Part shown: in pieces, positions 1 to 12,751 of the stretch
Numbering within the stretch: position 1 is the first letter of the stretch
How the letters are laid out: each line of letters starts with the position of its first letter
Notes under the pieces: model-generated
Seen by the model: the letters and a program-made list of their open reading frames with translations, nothing else
Database searches by the model: none
Told to the model about the DNA's origin: nothing
Made by a program: the position numbers and the translations under genes
Assembly (NCBI GenBank): GCA_964057225.1
Contig: OZ059899.1
Span: 14,446,001-14,510,000 of the forward strand
Source: Auanema rhodensis
Taxonomy: Eukaryota > Animalia > Nematoda
Length of the DNA stretch: 64,000 bases
Reading direction: 5' to 3'

Positions 1-624
1 GGGGTAGATATTAAAGAAAAAAATTAATTGATAAAGATAGATGAAAAGATGATTGATTGATCTTTTCAGAATCGTTTAGTATCTTCTTAGCGATCATCTG
101 CATTTCCTCTACTCTAGACCCCCCCCCTCTCTCTTTCTCTCTATCGCTCACCTTCTTTCTAACTTATACAATACCCTTGATCACCTCCTTTTCCCTCCAC
201 CCCCTTTCTATGCATTTATTCTGCTGTTTCTCTTATTTTTAAAAAAAATTTGCATTTCTTTTGAAATAAAAAGCTCATATCTTTCACATCAACTGTAGTT
301 GTTCGCGGAGTATCGTCATAGGAATAATAAGGGAAAAGCCTGATTCATCTTCTCTCTTCATCTCATATCAGTCTACCTTAGCTTGGTTTTGTGGCTAAGC
401 TTCACTACTATTGAATACTTCTTGTCTTTATCATCAAGTTGTCTCATTCATCGGTCATCATCGTCGTCATCATCTTCCTGCAAGTCTTCTGCTTCCCTCA
501 TTCTCTTTAATGCACACGCACACACGCATTCTCTCTCTATCTCTTTCCCACAACGTCCACTCAGAGTTTCAAAAATTGACGTCAATATCATTGAAAATTC
601 TTCTAATTTTCTTCCTGTTTTCAG

Positions 625-1334
625 CATCAGCTCTTCGATCGTCGATGAATACGTCAAGGGCATCTCCACGATTGGGCCATGTAGCAGCATCAAGTCCACG
701 TTCATCACTAGTAAGGTATGTCTATTGTTTATTATTTCACTTTTTATTATATTTTATATATTATACTCTTTGTTTTCTTTCTTTTTTTTTACAAAAAAAA
801 ACATTTAAGACAAAAATCTATTGTTTCCGCTCATAATACGGCTGACTGATTGACATTAATAATCAGCTTTTTCGATATATTCATAGATCTGTAGTTTATG
901 AACACCACTTTCTCTCTCTCTCTCTCTCCATTTCACTCTCTCTTTCTCTCTCTACTTTTCTCTTTGTGAAACATAACAGTTCGTTTGATAATGAAAAAGA
1001 AGAAGAAAAAGAAGAAGAAGCTTTCTTCGTTATTAACACACTGATGACCTCCAGAAGTCATGAATAGATGTAGAGACGATGATAGCAATCAAGCACATGT
1101 AATGTTTAAACTAGAAAAAAAACAGATCATGATATCTTACAAGCTTTCTTCCTCTCTTCGATTCATTTTATTCTTTTTCTTCTTCTTTTTTCTCATTTAT
1201 AATCAGAAAAGAGACATTTCATCTTAGAACTTTTACTTTTTTTATTCTTTTTTTTTTTCCAACAATGTATGATAACATGATACTGATAATACATTATGTT
1301 GTTGTTCTCTTATTCTGTTCTTCAATCTACCATC

Positions 1335-1386
<52 letters not shown>

Positions 1387-4300
1387 TCTCTCTCTATCTT
1401 TCGTTTTCTCTTTCAATCTTACCAATCACCATCTTCATCAGTTGCATTTTTCATCCAGCTTCATGTACATGTTACGTTTTCTTAAGCACCTTCTGTATAC
1501 ATTCATTTTACTTCTTCGTCATCTTTGACTTCTCTTTTCTCCAGCTAAGGTCATTTACTTCCTTAATGTGTCTCTTTTCCGCTGTTCATGTATATGAGCA
1601 TCCGCAACTCTTCTTAAAGATCTTCTGAGTATCATGTATGCTTCCTTTTTTCTTGGTTAACATCAGCATCTACTCCTGGTTTCTCAACACTTCATTAATG
1701 TTGCTGACGTCTTCATTCAATAACTATGTTGATGACGACGAAAAGTCTAAATTTCATAATTATTATCTTCAAAATCATTAATTTTGTATGATAAGTATGT
1801 ATATCAAATGAGAACTAAGAATTGAAGCTGCAACATGTTCTATCAGCAGGTATTTTCTTAGCTCGAAGACCTCCATGTCTCTCTCTCTCTCTCTTTCTCT
1901 CTCTATGTGTCCTAACTATATATATTATAATTAAAATAATATTTATATTAATGTTTTCACTTCTTTCTTTCATTTTAGTTTTTTTTTGTCTTTCATCATA
2001 TGTCTGTATATCTTCCCACACTCAATAGTTTCTATTTACAATCCATTTTTCCATTATTCTACAAATTAATTTTCCATTCAAGTTCAGCATTGTTCTCCCC
2101 TCCCCCCCCCCCCACCTCTCTTTCTCTTTGCAAAAACAATCCCTAGAAAATAATTTGATCTGAATTATTATGTTCATTTTAAATTTAGCCTCAGGCAATT
2201 CCACTTATATAACATTTACTGAATCTGATTGTTATCTCATATCACATACTAAACTAAACAACTGTCTTCTTATGCCAACTTACAGCTTGTTTATTATATA
2301 TTTACAGCTTTAATTATTATTTTTGATTTCAGTAATTCATCTCATAACTCAACTGGAATAGGTGCTAGTCCTCCGTGTTCACGTCGTTCGCCTCAATCAA
2401 ACAAGGTTAGTTAGTAAGACTATTTTCTTTTAAAAAAATTTCAATCAGCTTGATGTATTCTTTCTTTTCAAATTTTTAAGTTTAATTCTGATTTTATCTC
2501 ATCAATTAGTAATATTATGATCTTTAAAATCATTTTAATTGCAATCATTGATCACTGATTTGGGAGAAATATGTCTATGATTTTCATTTTGATTCATCCC
2601 GTTCTCCCCCGCAAAACTACAAAAATCATGAGCGGAAAGCTTGTCCACTTTGAACATAGGCTATATCACAGCTTAGCTGATCTCTTGCTCCAAGAGATGC
2701 ATATGTATTTCCTAGAAACGTGTCTATAAGCATGAACGTTGTATCTTTACCAGAGTAGTGTGAAGGCTGATAAGTAGAAGCCATGCCAACCAGCAGCGCT
2801 ACTTCTTCTTCAGTAGGTGGTTCTGTTGCTGTTGGTTTCAGCTATTTTCAGCAAAATTATTAGTGTCATATTTTGATTTTTACGTCTCTTCAGCTTCAAC
2901 TATTTCCATTTACTTCCTGTTCTTATTTATCGTCATGAGACACACACACACACACATTTCAAGAAAGCTTATTAATCTATTCAGCTTTCCTAGTCGTTTT
3001 CCTGTCCGCATAACCTTTTTGTTCTGTTCACACGTAAACTTTCCTTGAATTAGGCCATCAAGTCAGCTTTTCAATCTTCCTCTCTCCCTCCCTCTCTCTC
3101 TCTATTTTTACTTTTCTCTCTGAAACATCTCGGATTATTTTGCAACGTTCAGTATATTTCCGTGATATATCAGGAGGGCGAATAACATGGATTAGAGATA
3201 ATGAAAATCTGAAAAAGCAGGAAAGCTATACGAGACGGAAATGGCAACATATCCAAGCGGCTTTTCCTCTTAAGTGCACAAAATAGGATTTTTTTCTATT
3301 TAAAGCACTAAAAGCCGATGAAAACAGACTGAAATCATTAGACTGATGTTATTGAACTAAGTCATCTGATTTGCCATTTTTCAGTTTACGGGCTTTGAGA
3401 TTCAGATAATGCTGCTTGTTCAATCTCTATTTGTAGCTAATAGATCAATGTTGAAATCAGTTAATCTTCAAAAGTAATTATACTTTCTCTTCTCTCTATA
3501 TCTCCCTCCCTCCTTTCCTCTTATATTGCCCTTTGTCTTTATGACTATTATTAATTTTTTTTGTTTTTTGATCTATTATCAGTGATCAGCTTATGAAAGT
3601 TTTTCATTTTCATCTGTATTTCATTTGATACCTTGTTGGTGTTCTCCTTCACACCCCTCACGTTTTCATTCTCTCTAGATACATGCATCTGCTCCTCTCC
3701 TGCTTGGAATGTCTTTGACAATGTTTTCTTTGAAATCGCTATTAAGCATTCTGAGAAAATCCTCCGACACGAGCGTCCGAATTCTGAGAAAAGTGTGTGT
3801 TCATACTCTTGGTATAGAATTGCTTCGTCTATTCTCTCTCTTCATCTCTTTTTCTCTCCTTTTTTATCTTTCTCATATCCTCTAACTCTCATTTTTCAAA
3901 AAAAAACCGAATTTCTTCGAATTGATACAATCATATTCAATTAGTGTCTTTTGTGTCTGACGAAAAACAAATAAACATTGTTCAAATTTACATCTTCATT
4001 CAAACATTTTGTTTCTTTCAATTTTCTTTTCTTTCTCTCTTTACTTTTCCCCCAAAAAACTTTAAAATAATTGATGTAAAAAGTAAGAAATAAGAATAAA
4101 TTAATCACAACCGATCCACATCGCATCTATTGTTTCAAATAACGTGTTTGATGTAACAAAACAAAAGTTGTTTACCCTCAAATTGCGACACGCACGTTCA
4201 CGTACACGTACACGTATTGCGTGAAAATTAGCATTTTGAGTAAACTGAATAACTAATTTGCTTGTTTTTGAAAGTACATGATAATACTTGAAAGCCTAGT

Positions 4301-6443
4301 CTCGACTAAGCAGAGATCACACATACACAACATGGGCTCATCTGAACGTTTTGTGCACCGGTCCAGCTATTATACAACTCTGGATTCCTTTTTCTTTCTT
4401 TCTCCCTCTCCCTCTCTCTCTCACTCTTTCTCTCTCTCTTTCTGTTTCTCTCTACCTCTATTTATCTGACAATTTAAAATGAAACAACGTTGGTTTGGAA
4501 ATTCCGAGAAATTGTGGCAAGACAAGCGTAAAAAAGCTTGTTTCTTAGCACAAATTCTACTTATCGCTTTCATACTTTCAATTTTTCGGATGATTGTAGT
4601 CCTTTCCAGCTACTTCTGGTGGGTATTCTATTCTCAGTATTTCCACTGAATGATAATGATGAAGACGACGGCAATATTCACTTTTGATGTTTCTTATTCA
4701 TTCATTGCTGTCCTTTTCATTGCCTCAACTCATTTCTTCGAACTCAATTTTCTAATGGAATTACCAAAAAAATTGAATTAAAGACATTTCTCTATTGCCC
4801 TTCTCCGCTTGTTTCTGCTCTTTCGGTCTAATCAAGCTTTGCTTTTATCATAATGCTCGATAGCATCATTATCAGAATCAACTTCGTTGTTGTGGCTGTT
4901 TCTCAGTCCATGGTACTATAGTATATTCCTCATCATTCTACTGTTATCTGATGATCTTTATATTTCAAATATATATATATATAGAAATTGATATTCATTC
5001 CTCATAACAACTTTTATTTTGAAAATTTACATCATCATTTCCGTCAGCTTTTCCTTCTTTTCTTAGCCTTTTTCTCGTTTTCAGTTTTTTTCCAATGACA
5101 TTTCTTAGAAAATCAATTTGTTCATGATACAACTCAAGCTGCTTCAAATCTCAATATGATATTTCAGTCTAATTCGCCAGTCGGAGAAGATTCCTTGGTA
5201 ACAGTTAGAATGCGACCTGATTTGCACGGACGTTTCGGATTTAACGTAAAGGTTAGTGAAGTCTATAACATCCTCATCTTCTGCTTCATCATCATTATTT
5301 CGTTAACAACAAGAACAACAACAATAAACAACAACAATAAACAACAAACAAATTTTGTTTGTAATGTCTGTTCTCTCATTCTCTACTCTTCACTTTCTTT
5401 ATCTCTTTGTTTCTCTTAACTTTTCTCTATATCTAACTCTCTTTAACAGTAGATTACATTTTTTTTTCTGCAACACTCTAGCATTCTCACTTTCTACTCT
5501 TATTCTTTTCTCTTCCCCACTCAATCTATTTCTCTTTTTCTCATCTCATCCTTCCTTCTTTCCTACTATTTCATACTCTTATTATGGCATTCTATTCAGG
5601 GCGGTGCTGATCAGAATTTCCCGGTTGTTGTATCTCGTGTTGCTCCAGACAGTGCAGCTGATAAGTGTCATCCACGACTTAACGAAGGAGATCAGGTAAT
5701 ATATTGTATATTTCAATTTTTTTTGTTTTTGTCATCGACAATACAGTTGAAAATCTTGTTGACAAATTTCTATTCTTGCAATTAATTGTCACATAATCCA
5801 GTAACTATGTAATTTTGGTTAATATTATATGATATAGTAAAAAGAAATATATTCTTATTCTCTGCTTTGCTTTCAGGTAATCCTGATCAATGGTCGTGAC
5901 GTGGCCAACATGGCCCACAATGAGGTTGTCAACTTCATTCGCAAATTCCGAGATGTTTCTGGTGGAGCAGAACTTGTACTTACTATCAAGCCTAACGGTA
6001 ATTTCACACTCAATCTCATATCATCTCCATAACTATGCCTATTTTCAGTTTATCGCCTGGGAGATGAGCTAGATGAGCCTGAAGTCAGCAATTATCCAGA
6101 ATCTGCACGTGTAGCTGAGAGTGTTCCAAGAAGTGATAAGCTATCACACTCTCTTCGTTTGCTCGGGGAAGCTTTGGCAAGCGGCAAAGTTGTACAGCAA
6201 TTTGAGGTACGGATCGGCATATGTAGAAGATTAAATCTTCCGTGCTTCCCTTCTTCCTTCTTTTACAATAATTTGCATTTTTAGCAATTATATCGCAAAA
6301 AGGGTGGAATGACAATGAATGATTGTAGACTTCCACAAAATATTAATAAGAATAGGTTTGTACTGTTTTTGTTATTTTCAAAGTTTTTATTAATTAACGT
6401 ATAGTAAGGATAGATTACTGTAAATGTGCTCTCCACCCCTCTC

Positions 6444-6474
<31 letters not shown>

Positions 6475-6594
6475 CTTAATAATTAACTTTCTTTTTGAAA
6501 ATATTAAGTTCTGTTTACATCGATATTAACTATTATTTCTTCATTCAACAAAAGATTAGATAGTACAAGAGTATGTTCAAGTTCTTTCTTTGAA

Positions 6595-6657
<63 letters not shown>

Positions 6658-8348
6658 ATTAGAAACTCTCTTAATATAGAATTTTTCACATATAGTTAGT
6701 AAAGTATAATATCATTAGTATCAAAAGCATGACGAATTGTGAGCATGGCTTTTCACATGTTGATCCTCTGACTACCAATCATAATGCAGCAATTGCTGCT
6801 TGCAGTCTTTCTGCTTTTCCATATTATAGCTTTCGCAGAAACATGGCATCCACAGAATCTATCCTTCCTATCTAGTTATGTTATTCGTTTTGAACTTTCA
6901 TTTCGATATTTCTACGAATAAATATAAAATTTTTCTTGTTTTTGCAGATATCGAGATGTTTGTCCCTATGATAGCACTCGTGTTCATCTAACCACATCAT
7001 CAAACGGGGATTATATCAATGCCAATTATGTAAATGTGAGTTTCTGTTTCTGTTTGAAGTTTGTTTCAGAAGACACAAGACCCTCAAAAGCATAATCATT
7101 ATTGTGTTATTCTGGCACATTCAGCTTTCAAACCCATTTGTTTTGGCTCATAATCGATTTCGAATACTTTTTTTTCCTTGAAATTTGCTGAGCATGAAAG
7201 AACAATTTTGTGGGATGTTTTATGACATTAATCACTTGCTAGCCTTTTTTCCCAAATTTAGCTTTTTATAACTTGACAAACTTCAGCTTGAAAACATTGT
7301 CATAAAAATTTGAAAACACTGTTTTTATCTTGAAGATAATATGCTCAATATGCTAATTTAATGATGTTATTCAGATGGAAATTCCATCATCTGGAATCGT
7401 GAATCGCTACATAGCCTGTCAAGGACCATTAGCTCAGACAACATCCGATTTCTGGCTTATGGTATGGGAACAGCTTTGTACAACTATCGTGATGCTAACC
7501 ACAACTGTAGAAAGGGGAAGAGTTAAATGTCATCAGTATTGGCCACGGTAAGTTCATGCTATGCATTCAAGTTTGATTGAAACTTGAAACTTGAAACATA
7601 CTGTAGTGTATATGTTTCAGCTTATACGAGAGTCAAGAATATGGACGTCTGATTGTAACATGCTTGAAGGAACGAGATACACCCAATTGCTCTTATCGTG
7701 AATTTTCTGTTAAAGATTGGAATGTAAGTGTTTATTGCTTGCATTGTGTTGAAAACTTATTTGAATTTCAGACAAAGGAAGAACGACGTGTTACCCAAAT
7801 GCAGTACACAGCTTGGCCAGATCATGGAGTTCCTGATGACTCAACACATTTCATCCAATTCGTTGATGAGGTTTGTTTCAAAATATTTTTTCAATTTGAA
7901 GTTTCTGAAGCTGAGAACAACAATTCTAAATTCTATTCAATAACACAAACTTAACGAATAATCTTCTAATCCGTGTTTCAGGTGAGACGTGCTCGTGCTG
8001 GCAGTGTCGATCCTATTGTTGTCCATTGCTCTGCTGGTATTGGTCGAACTGGTGTGCTGATTCTGATGGAAACAGCTGCTTGTCTTGTCGAAGCTAATGA
8101 GCCTGTCTATCCCCTAGATATCACAAAGACAATGCGTGATCAACGACCGATGGCCATACAAACTCCTGTAAGTTTCACTATTAGTACTAGTAATTTTTAG
8201 TATCAGAGCGTAATGCTTCTAATTCTGTTCACATCTGTGTTTACAAATAATTATATTTCAGTGTCAATATACATTTGTATGTGAATCTATTCTTCGAGCA
8301 TACAATGATGGAATCATCAAGCCATTAGCCGAGTATCAGAAACGATAA
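625..8348 (+). CDS. ptp-1: FERM-PDZ protein tyrosine phosphatase (PTPN3/4 family), 5'-partial; FERM domain lies upstream of the window
   Basis: Exons 625-715, 2333-2405, 5168-5251, 5600-5695, 5877-5997, 6049-6206, 6285-6355, 6948-7035, 7375-7547, 7621-7723, 7772-7870, 7982-8167 and 8262-8348 join in frame. They encode a PDZ domain ([13 protein letters not shown]), [32 protein letters not shown] and IQTPCQY, ending PLAEYQKR*. Confidence 0.96.
1338..1395. repeat. (TC)n microsatellite
   Basis: Near-perfect TC run in a ptp-1 intron. Confidence 0.95.
6598..6654. repeat. (CT)n microsatellite
   Basis: Perfect CT run in a ptp-1 intron. Confidence 0.95.
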
Positions 8349-10958
8349 TCACATCCACACAAGATGAGACGAATGTTGAGAATCTCGTCTTCATCTTTCA
8401 AATTATCGTCATCGTGAACATTATTAGCAACATCTGAATACGGTATTCAACTCGGGACCAGATTTCTATGTAGTTAAGAGCATTATTATCCTTTTAACCA
8501 CTTCTTATTCATTTTGTTCTCTCTTTCTCTCTTACTCTTGTTTTCTATATTCTCTTTTCTCGATATTTTAATTCATCAACAGAGAATGATAGAGAGAGAA
8601 AGAGAGAGGGAGAAAGAGAGTAATAAGAAGAATTCTATTTCATAATCTTCAATCAGCAATTCTAGTAGAAACTACTTGTTCTTTCAAAGAATCTCTTACT
8701 TATCGTCCTTGATGATGATCCGCAAGTAGCTCGTCTGATTTTCCCTTTCTATATTTTTCATCTTTGTTGCTCGTCTTCAGCATTTTGTTTACAAATTATC
8801 CAAAATTATCTAATATTTTTGGGAAAAAATAAGAAATCTGAGGGACGTTCCACCTTGATGAAGGACGATAGAAGGGAGAACGTATGCGTTGTTGTGTGTA
8901 ATTCTTCTATTTTGTATAAAATGTCATTGAAATGTTTATTTCGTTGTTTCACTCCAACTTTCTTGCAACTCCCTTTTCTCCTCCACTCCCCCTTCCTTCT
9001 CCTTCTTCCATGTTTATCCTATGTTCCTATCCATACCATTGAAATCCCCTCGTTGAGCAGGTTTTTTTTAAAAAAAGCAAACAGAAGATTATGCCTTTTC
9101 TAGTCAATGACTATAACTCTCTTAGTTATCAATTATATATATTTTTTACTATTCACATAATTAGCGGGTTGGAATTCTTACAACATCCACCCCATCCACA
9201 TCTCTAGTTTCTCCCGTTCATTCAATCCACCCTCTCGTCCCTCCATTCTCTTCCAGATGGTTTCTGTGCGTATTTAGAAAATATTTAGTTATAATTTGTA
9301 TTGTTTTCTTGTGACTATTTTGTTTGTCTGTGTGTATGTGTGTGTATCTGAGTATCAAATTCAGGTTCTTTTCTCCCCTTCCCTCTCTATCTCTCTATCT
9401 CTTCCTCTCTCATTTTCATATATTCATTGGCTATCATCTATCGTATGTGCTGCTCTTCAACCTATACACAAGTCTACACACCCGTGTCGTCGCGGTACTA
9501 GTTGTCACTCCTCTTCAGAATCTTAACTACAAACCATGCTCATTACCTTAAGCTCTAAGCTTTTATATATATTTTGAGATATAATAATAGAACTCCAATC
9601 ATATAAACTGCTCTGATTAGGACTTTTCTATATTTGTTTTCAAAAAACAATTTTCGTTACAACAATATTTTTGTATATTATCTCATTAACTCCCTCCCTT
9701 CCCTCTTAACCTCCCCCTCCATCATTCATATTTTATAATTTCTAGTGAGTTTTCTCTAAGCATTTAGAAGAATTTTTATATTTGTGTATTGGGTACCGCG
9801 TGCTTTTATTCATTTATATTCATAAATTTATTCATATTTCTATAAATATATATATACAAGATATATATATATATTTCATTGATAATTTGTACTGTATGTA
9901 TGTTTCGATGTGGTGAAGTAGTATTTTCATAAAACAAATTAATTATTATTATTCTTTTTATTTTCATTTAAATATATGAATGACAATCTCAAGTTCAAGT
10001 CAAATCTGAAGCATTAACCTCAAGTTCAAACAATGAAATAGAAATGATAAAACAACAAGGTCCTCTAAGATTATGATTCAATCAATTAACACGCATCACA
10101 TCATGGGTTTATCGAATAAATATAATTTATTCTTTCATCGTATGTGTTTAACTTTCTCAAAATTTCTAGTTGATGATGTATGTTTCATGTTTTTAATATA
10201 ACAAAAGCAGTTAACCAATACTGTTTTCTAACACCTTTTTAATAAAAATTGAGATAATCGAATCAAATTTTATGTTTCAGCTTTCACATCAAAGGAAACT
10301 GAAGGAATTTAATATTTTTTTATATAATATGAATAGAAAACTGTTTATTTGCATATTAAATTCAACAATTAAAGTTAAGAAACAAGTTTTATTGATGAAT
10401 CATCGACATTCAAATAAGAAAAAACCTACAAAACTACTGAAACTTAAAATATTTCTTTAAAGTAAGAATATAAAAGATTGAAAAGATTTAATATGATATA
10501 TCCAAAATAAATAAAAATTTCAATTTCTTAATTACTGTACTCTGTTTACAGCAAATTAGCTGCCTACAGTAACCTTACTGCTATGTATGATATATAAATT
10601 TCCTGGCCCACCTTTTCACCCATCCTCTTTTGCATTTTTATGCCATTTTAAGGCTTATTTTAATCAAAAACATGTCTCAAATCTTTGAAAATATGTCATT
10701 TTCAACAATTTTCAAAATCGCTAAAAGGTTGAAATGCGTTTTATCAAAGAAATGTGATCGAAATTGGATGATCGGAATGGTCGAGAAAAGTCAACTAACT
10801 TTTTGAATAAAAATTAATTTAATAAATTCATTTTACTAAAGATCTAAAATCCCTAACCCCTTCGAAGAGCTTGTAGGAAAAGCTAGGACTCAAGAATTTC
10901 CGGGGTGTTCCAGACAAAGCCGAAACTCATTATGTTCAGAATGAATCTGTTTTTCTAA

Positions 10959-11075
10959 TATGGTCTTGACCGTTGCTGGTATTATACTAGTCCTGGATCA
11001 TCTTGGGATGCTATGTTGAAAATAACTAAAGTCAAGCTTGATACTATCAATGATGTAGAAAATACTTGATGATTG
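10959..11075 (+). pseudogene. Polinton-type pPolB fragment (YGLD..YYT.PG.SWDAMLK block)
   Basis: Translates YGLDRCWYYTSPGSSWDAMLKITKVKLDTINDVE, then a frameshift to YLMI. This resembles the Polinton polymerase motif YGLDPAHYYTxPGLSWDAMLKxTxVKLELLTDxDMYLFIE. Confidence 0.85.
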
Positions 11076-11100
11076 GATATTCTATCTCTGATACCATCTC

Positions 11101-11190
11101 CTTATCCAAACTTGAGTTTCTAAAATTCTCCAAAACGTTAGCTAAAAGGAGGAAATCATTGATCTTATATATTCTAGTATAATCTTCTAT
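11101..11190 (-). pseudogene. Polinton-type pPolB fragment (DVLLLADVFENFR block)
   Basis: Translates IEDYTRIYKINDFLLLANVLENFRNSSLDK, resembling YxDLYLKTDVLLLADVFENFR, which directly precedes the YGLD block in intact enzymes. Confidence 0.8.
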
Positions 11191-12751
11191 ACCAGCAACG
11201 GTTACATTATCAGTTTGAATCTTTTTTTCTTTTACTCTGAGTAATATATTCTCAATTCTATTCTCAAGATCCACTTGAAATTACGCTTGGAATAAGCTTG
11301 GTTGTTTCACATCTCTCACAATTCTCATTCATCATTGCTCTTCTGTTTTTTTAAGGAAGCTCACAAAGTTTTCCTTTTAAGCGGGTTTTCCTTATTACGC
11401 ACCGAAGGTTGCAACCCGAGTGTCTGTCTTGCATGAAAACACCCCGGAAATTCTTGAGTCCTAGCTTTTATTACAAGCTCTTCGAGGGGGTTAGAGATTT
11501 TAGATCTCAATTTTTATTAAAAAGGTGTTAGAAAACAGTATCGATTAACTGCTTTTGTTATATCAAAAACATGAAACATACATCATCAACTAGAAATTTT
11601 GAGAAAGTTAAACACATACGATGAAAGAATAAATTATATTTATTCGATTAACCCATGATGTGATGCGTGAGTTTCAAAAGAGCTTGTTACCAATAGTATA
11701 AAAATTATTTATATTACCGTATACTTAAAAAAATCTTTTATTGATTTTTTATTACAGTAATTCTATTTATTGTCAAATAATTGATTACTGTATTTTTAAA
11801 ATGTACAGTTAAAGTACAGTTATCAATCTCTAAAAATCAATAATTTTTATTTATTTTCATATAGTTTACATAATAAATTTTCTCACTTTTTTTGTTATTC
11901 TTGTTAATATGATGATTTTATGAAACTTGTCCATATTCTGGACCGTCTAATTCCGGATTGTTGTCGTCTCTCTGTCTGTCTATCTGTCTGTCATCCATCG
12001 TTCTAATAAAAGTTCCAGATTCAGATTCTAGACACTTCGTTTAGCGTTCCCACTTGTCTCACAATCCTTCATTTCTTTCAAATATCGAAATAGTCGTCCT
12101 CTTGTCAAATACCGCCTACTTTCGTCACCGTTTAGCTGGATTTTCGAAATGATTACTATGAATAATTGCTTATAATATTTATTAAATTTTCTGTGATTAT
12201 CTTAAACGTTTAAATTCTTTTATATATTTCCTTATAAATCAAAATATTATTTTTGTATTAGCTTACTTGTAGCCTTTCTTTTTTCTGTGCTCTCTCTATG
12301 TTTCTCTCACATTTGTTATCAATTTCAATATTTACTTGATGTTTCTTAGCATTTTTTAATTTTTTAAGCATTTTTTGAAGCTTAAATGATAAAAACTTGA
12401 AATAATGATCATGAAATGAGATGAATATTTCTTTTTTTTGGATTTCTTTGTTTGATATGACGATTATTGTTTGTTTGAAAGCAGGATGAACACCTTCAAC
12501 TTGAAGTGTTCATTGAATTAAAAAAGCTTTATTCATTCATATCTTAATTCAATTATAATTTTCTTTATATTTCTATTTATTCTTATAATCTTCTTGTTTA
12601 CTTTATTTTATATTATTTTTCAGTTTAATGAAGTGAATGATATGTTGTAAAGCAGATATTATTCAAGATTACGTCAACCATTTTTTTTCTAATTTTCGAT
12701 TTTTAATTCACAAATCAACACATATACTTAGAAAATCTTATAACCCACAAC

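Larger units (their letters stand above)
10090..11669. mobile_element. Internally deleted, non-autonomous Maverick/Polinton-like relic with long inverted repeats
   Basis: Outer inverted repeat 10090-10255 / 11504-11669 (166 bp, 4 mismatches by eye). Inner inverted repeat 10840-10909 / 11438-11507 (70 bp, 4 mismatches). The core carries fragments of a protein-primed DNA polymerase B. No TSD seen. Confidence 0.8.

Noticed and set aside
57-4469. Many 60-140 aa ORFs rich in SLSLSL or ERERER
   Set aside because: They are translations of CT/AG microsatellites and low-complexity intron sequence. Only 625-715 and 2333-2405 behave as ptp-1 exons.
11047-11274. 75-aa minus-strand ORF as a functional gene
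   Set aside because: It is a chimera: only the central ~30 aa are polymerase-like, and its 3' part is antisense to the other PolB fragment.
10080-11680. CAC...GTG ends suggesting a CACTA/Transib/Chapaev element
   Set aside because: No target-site duplication (flanks ATTAA and AGTTT) and no transposase remnant; the internal coding remnants are pPolB-like. The true termini are probably eroded.
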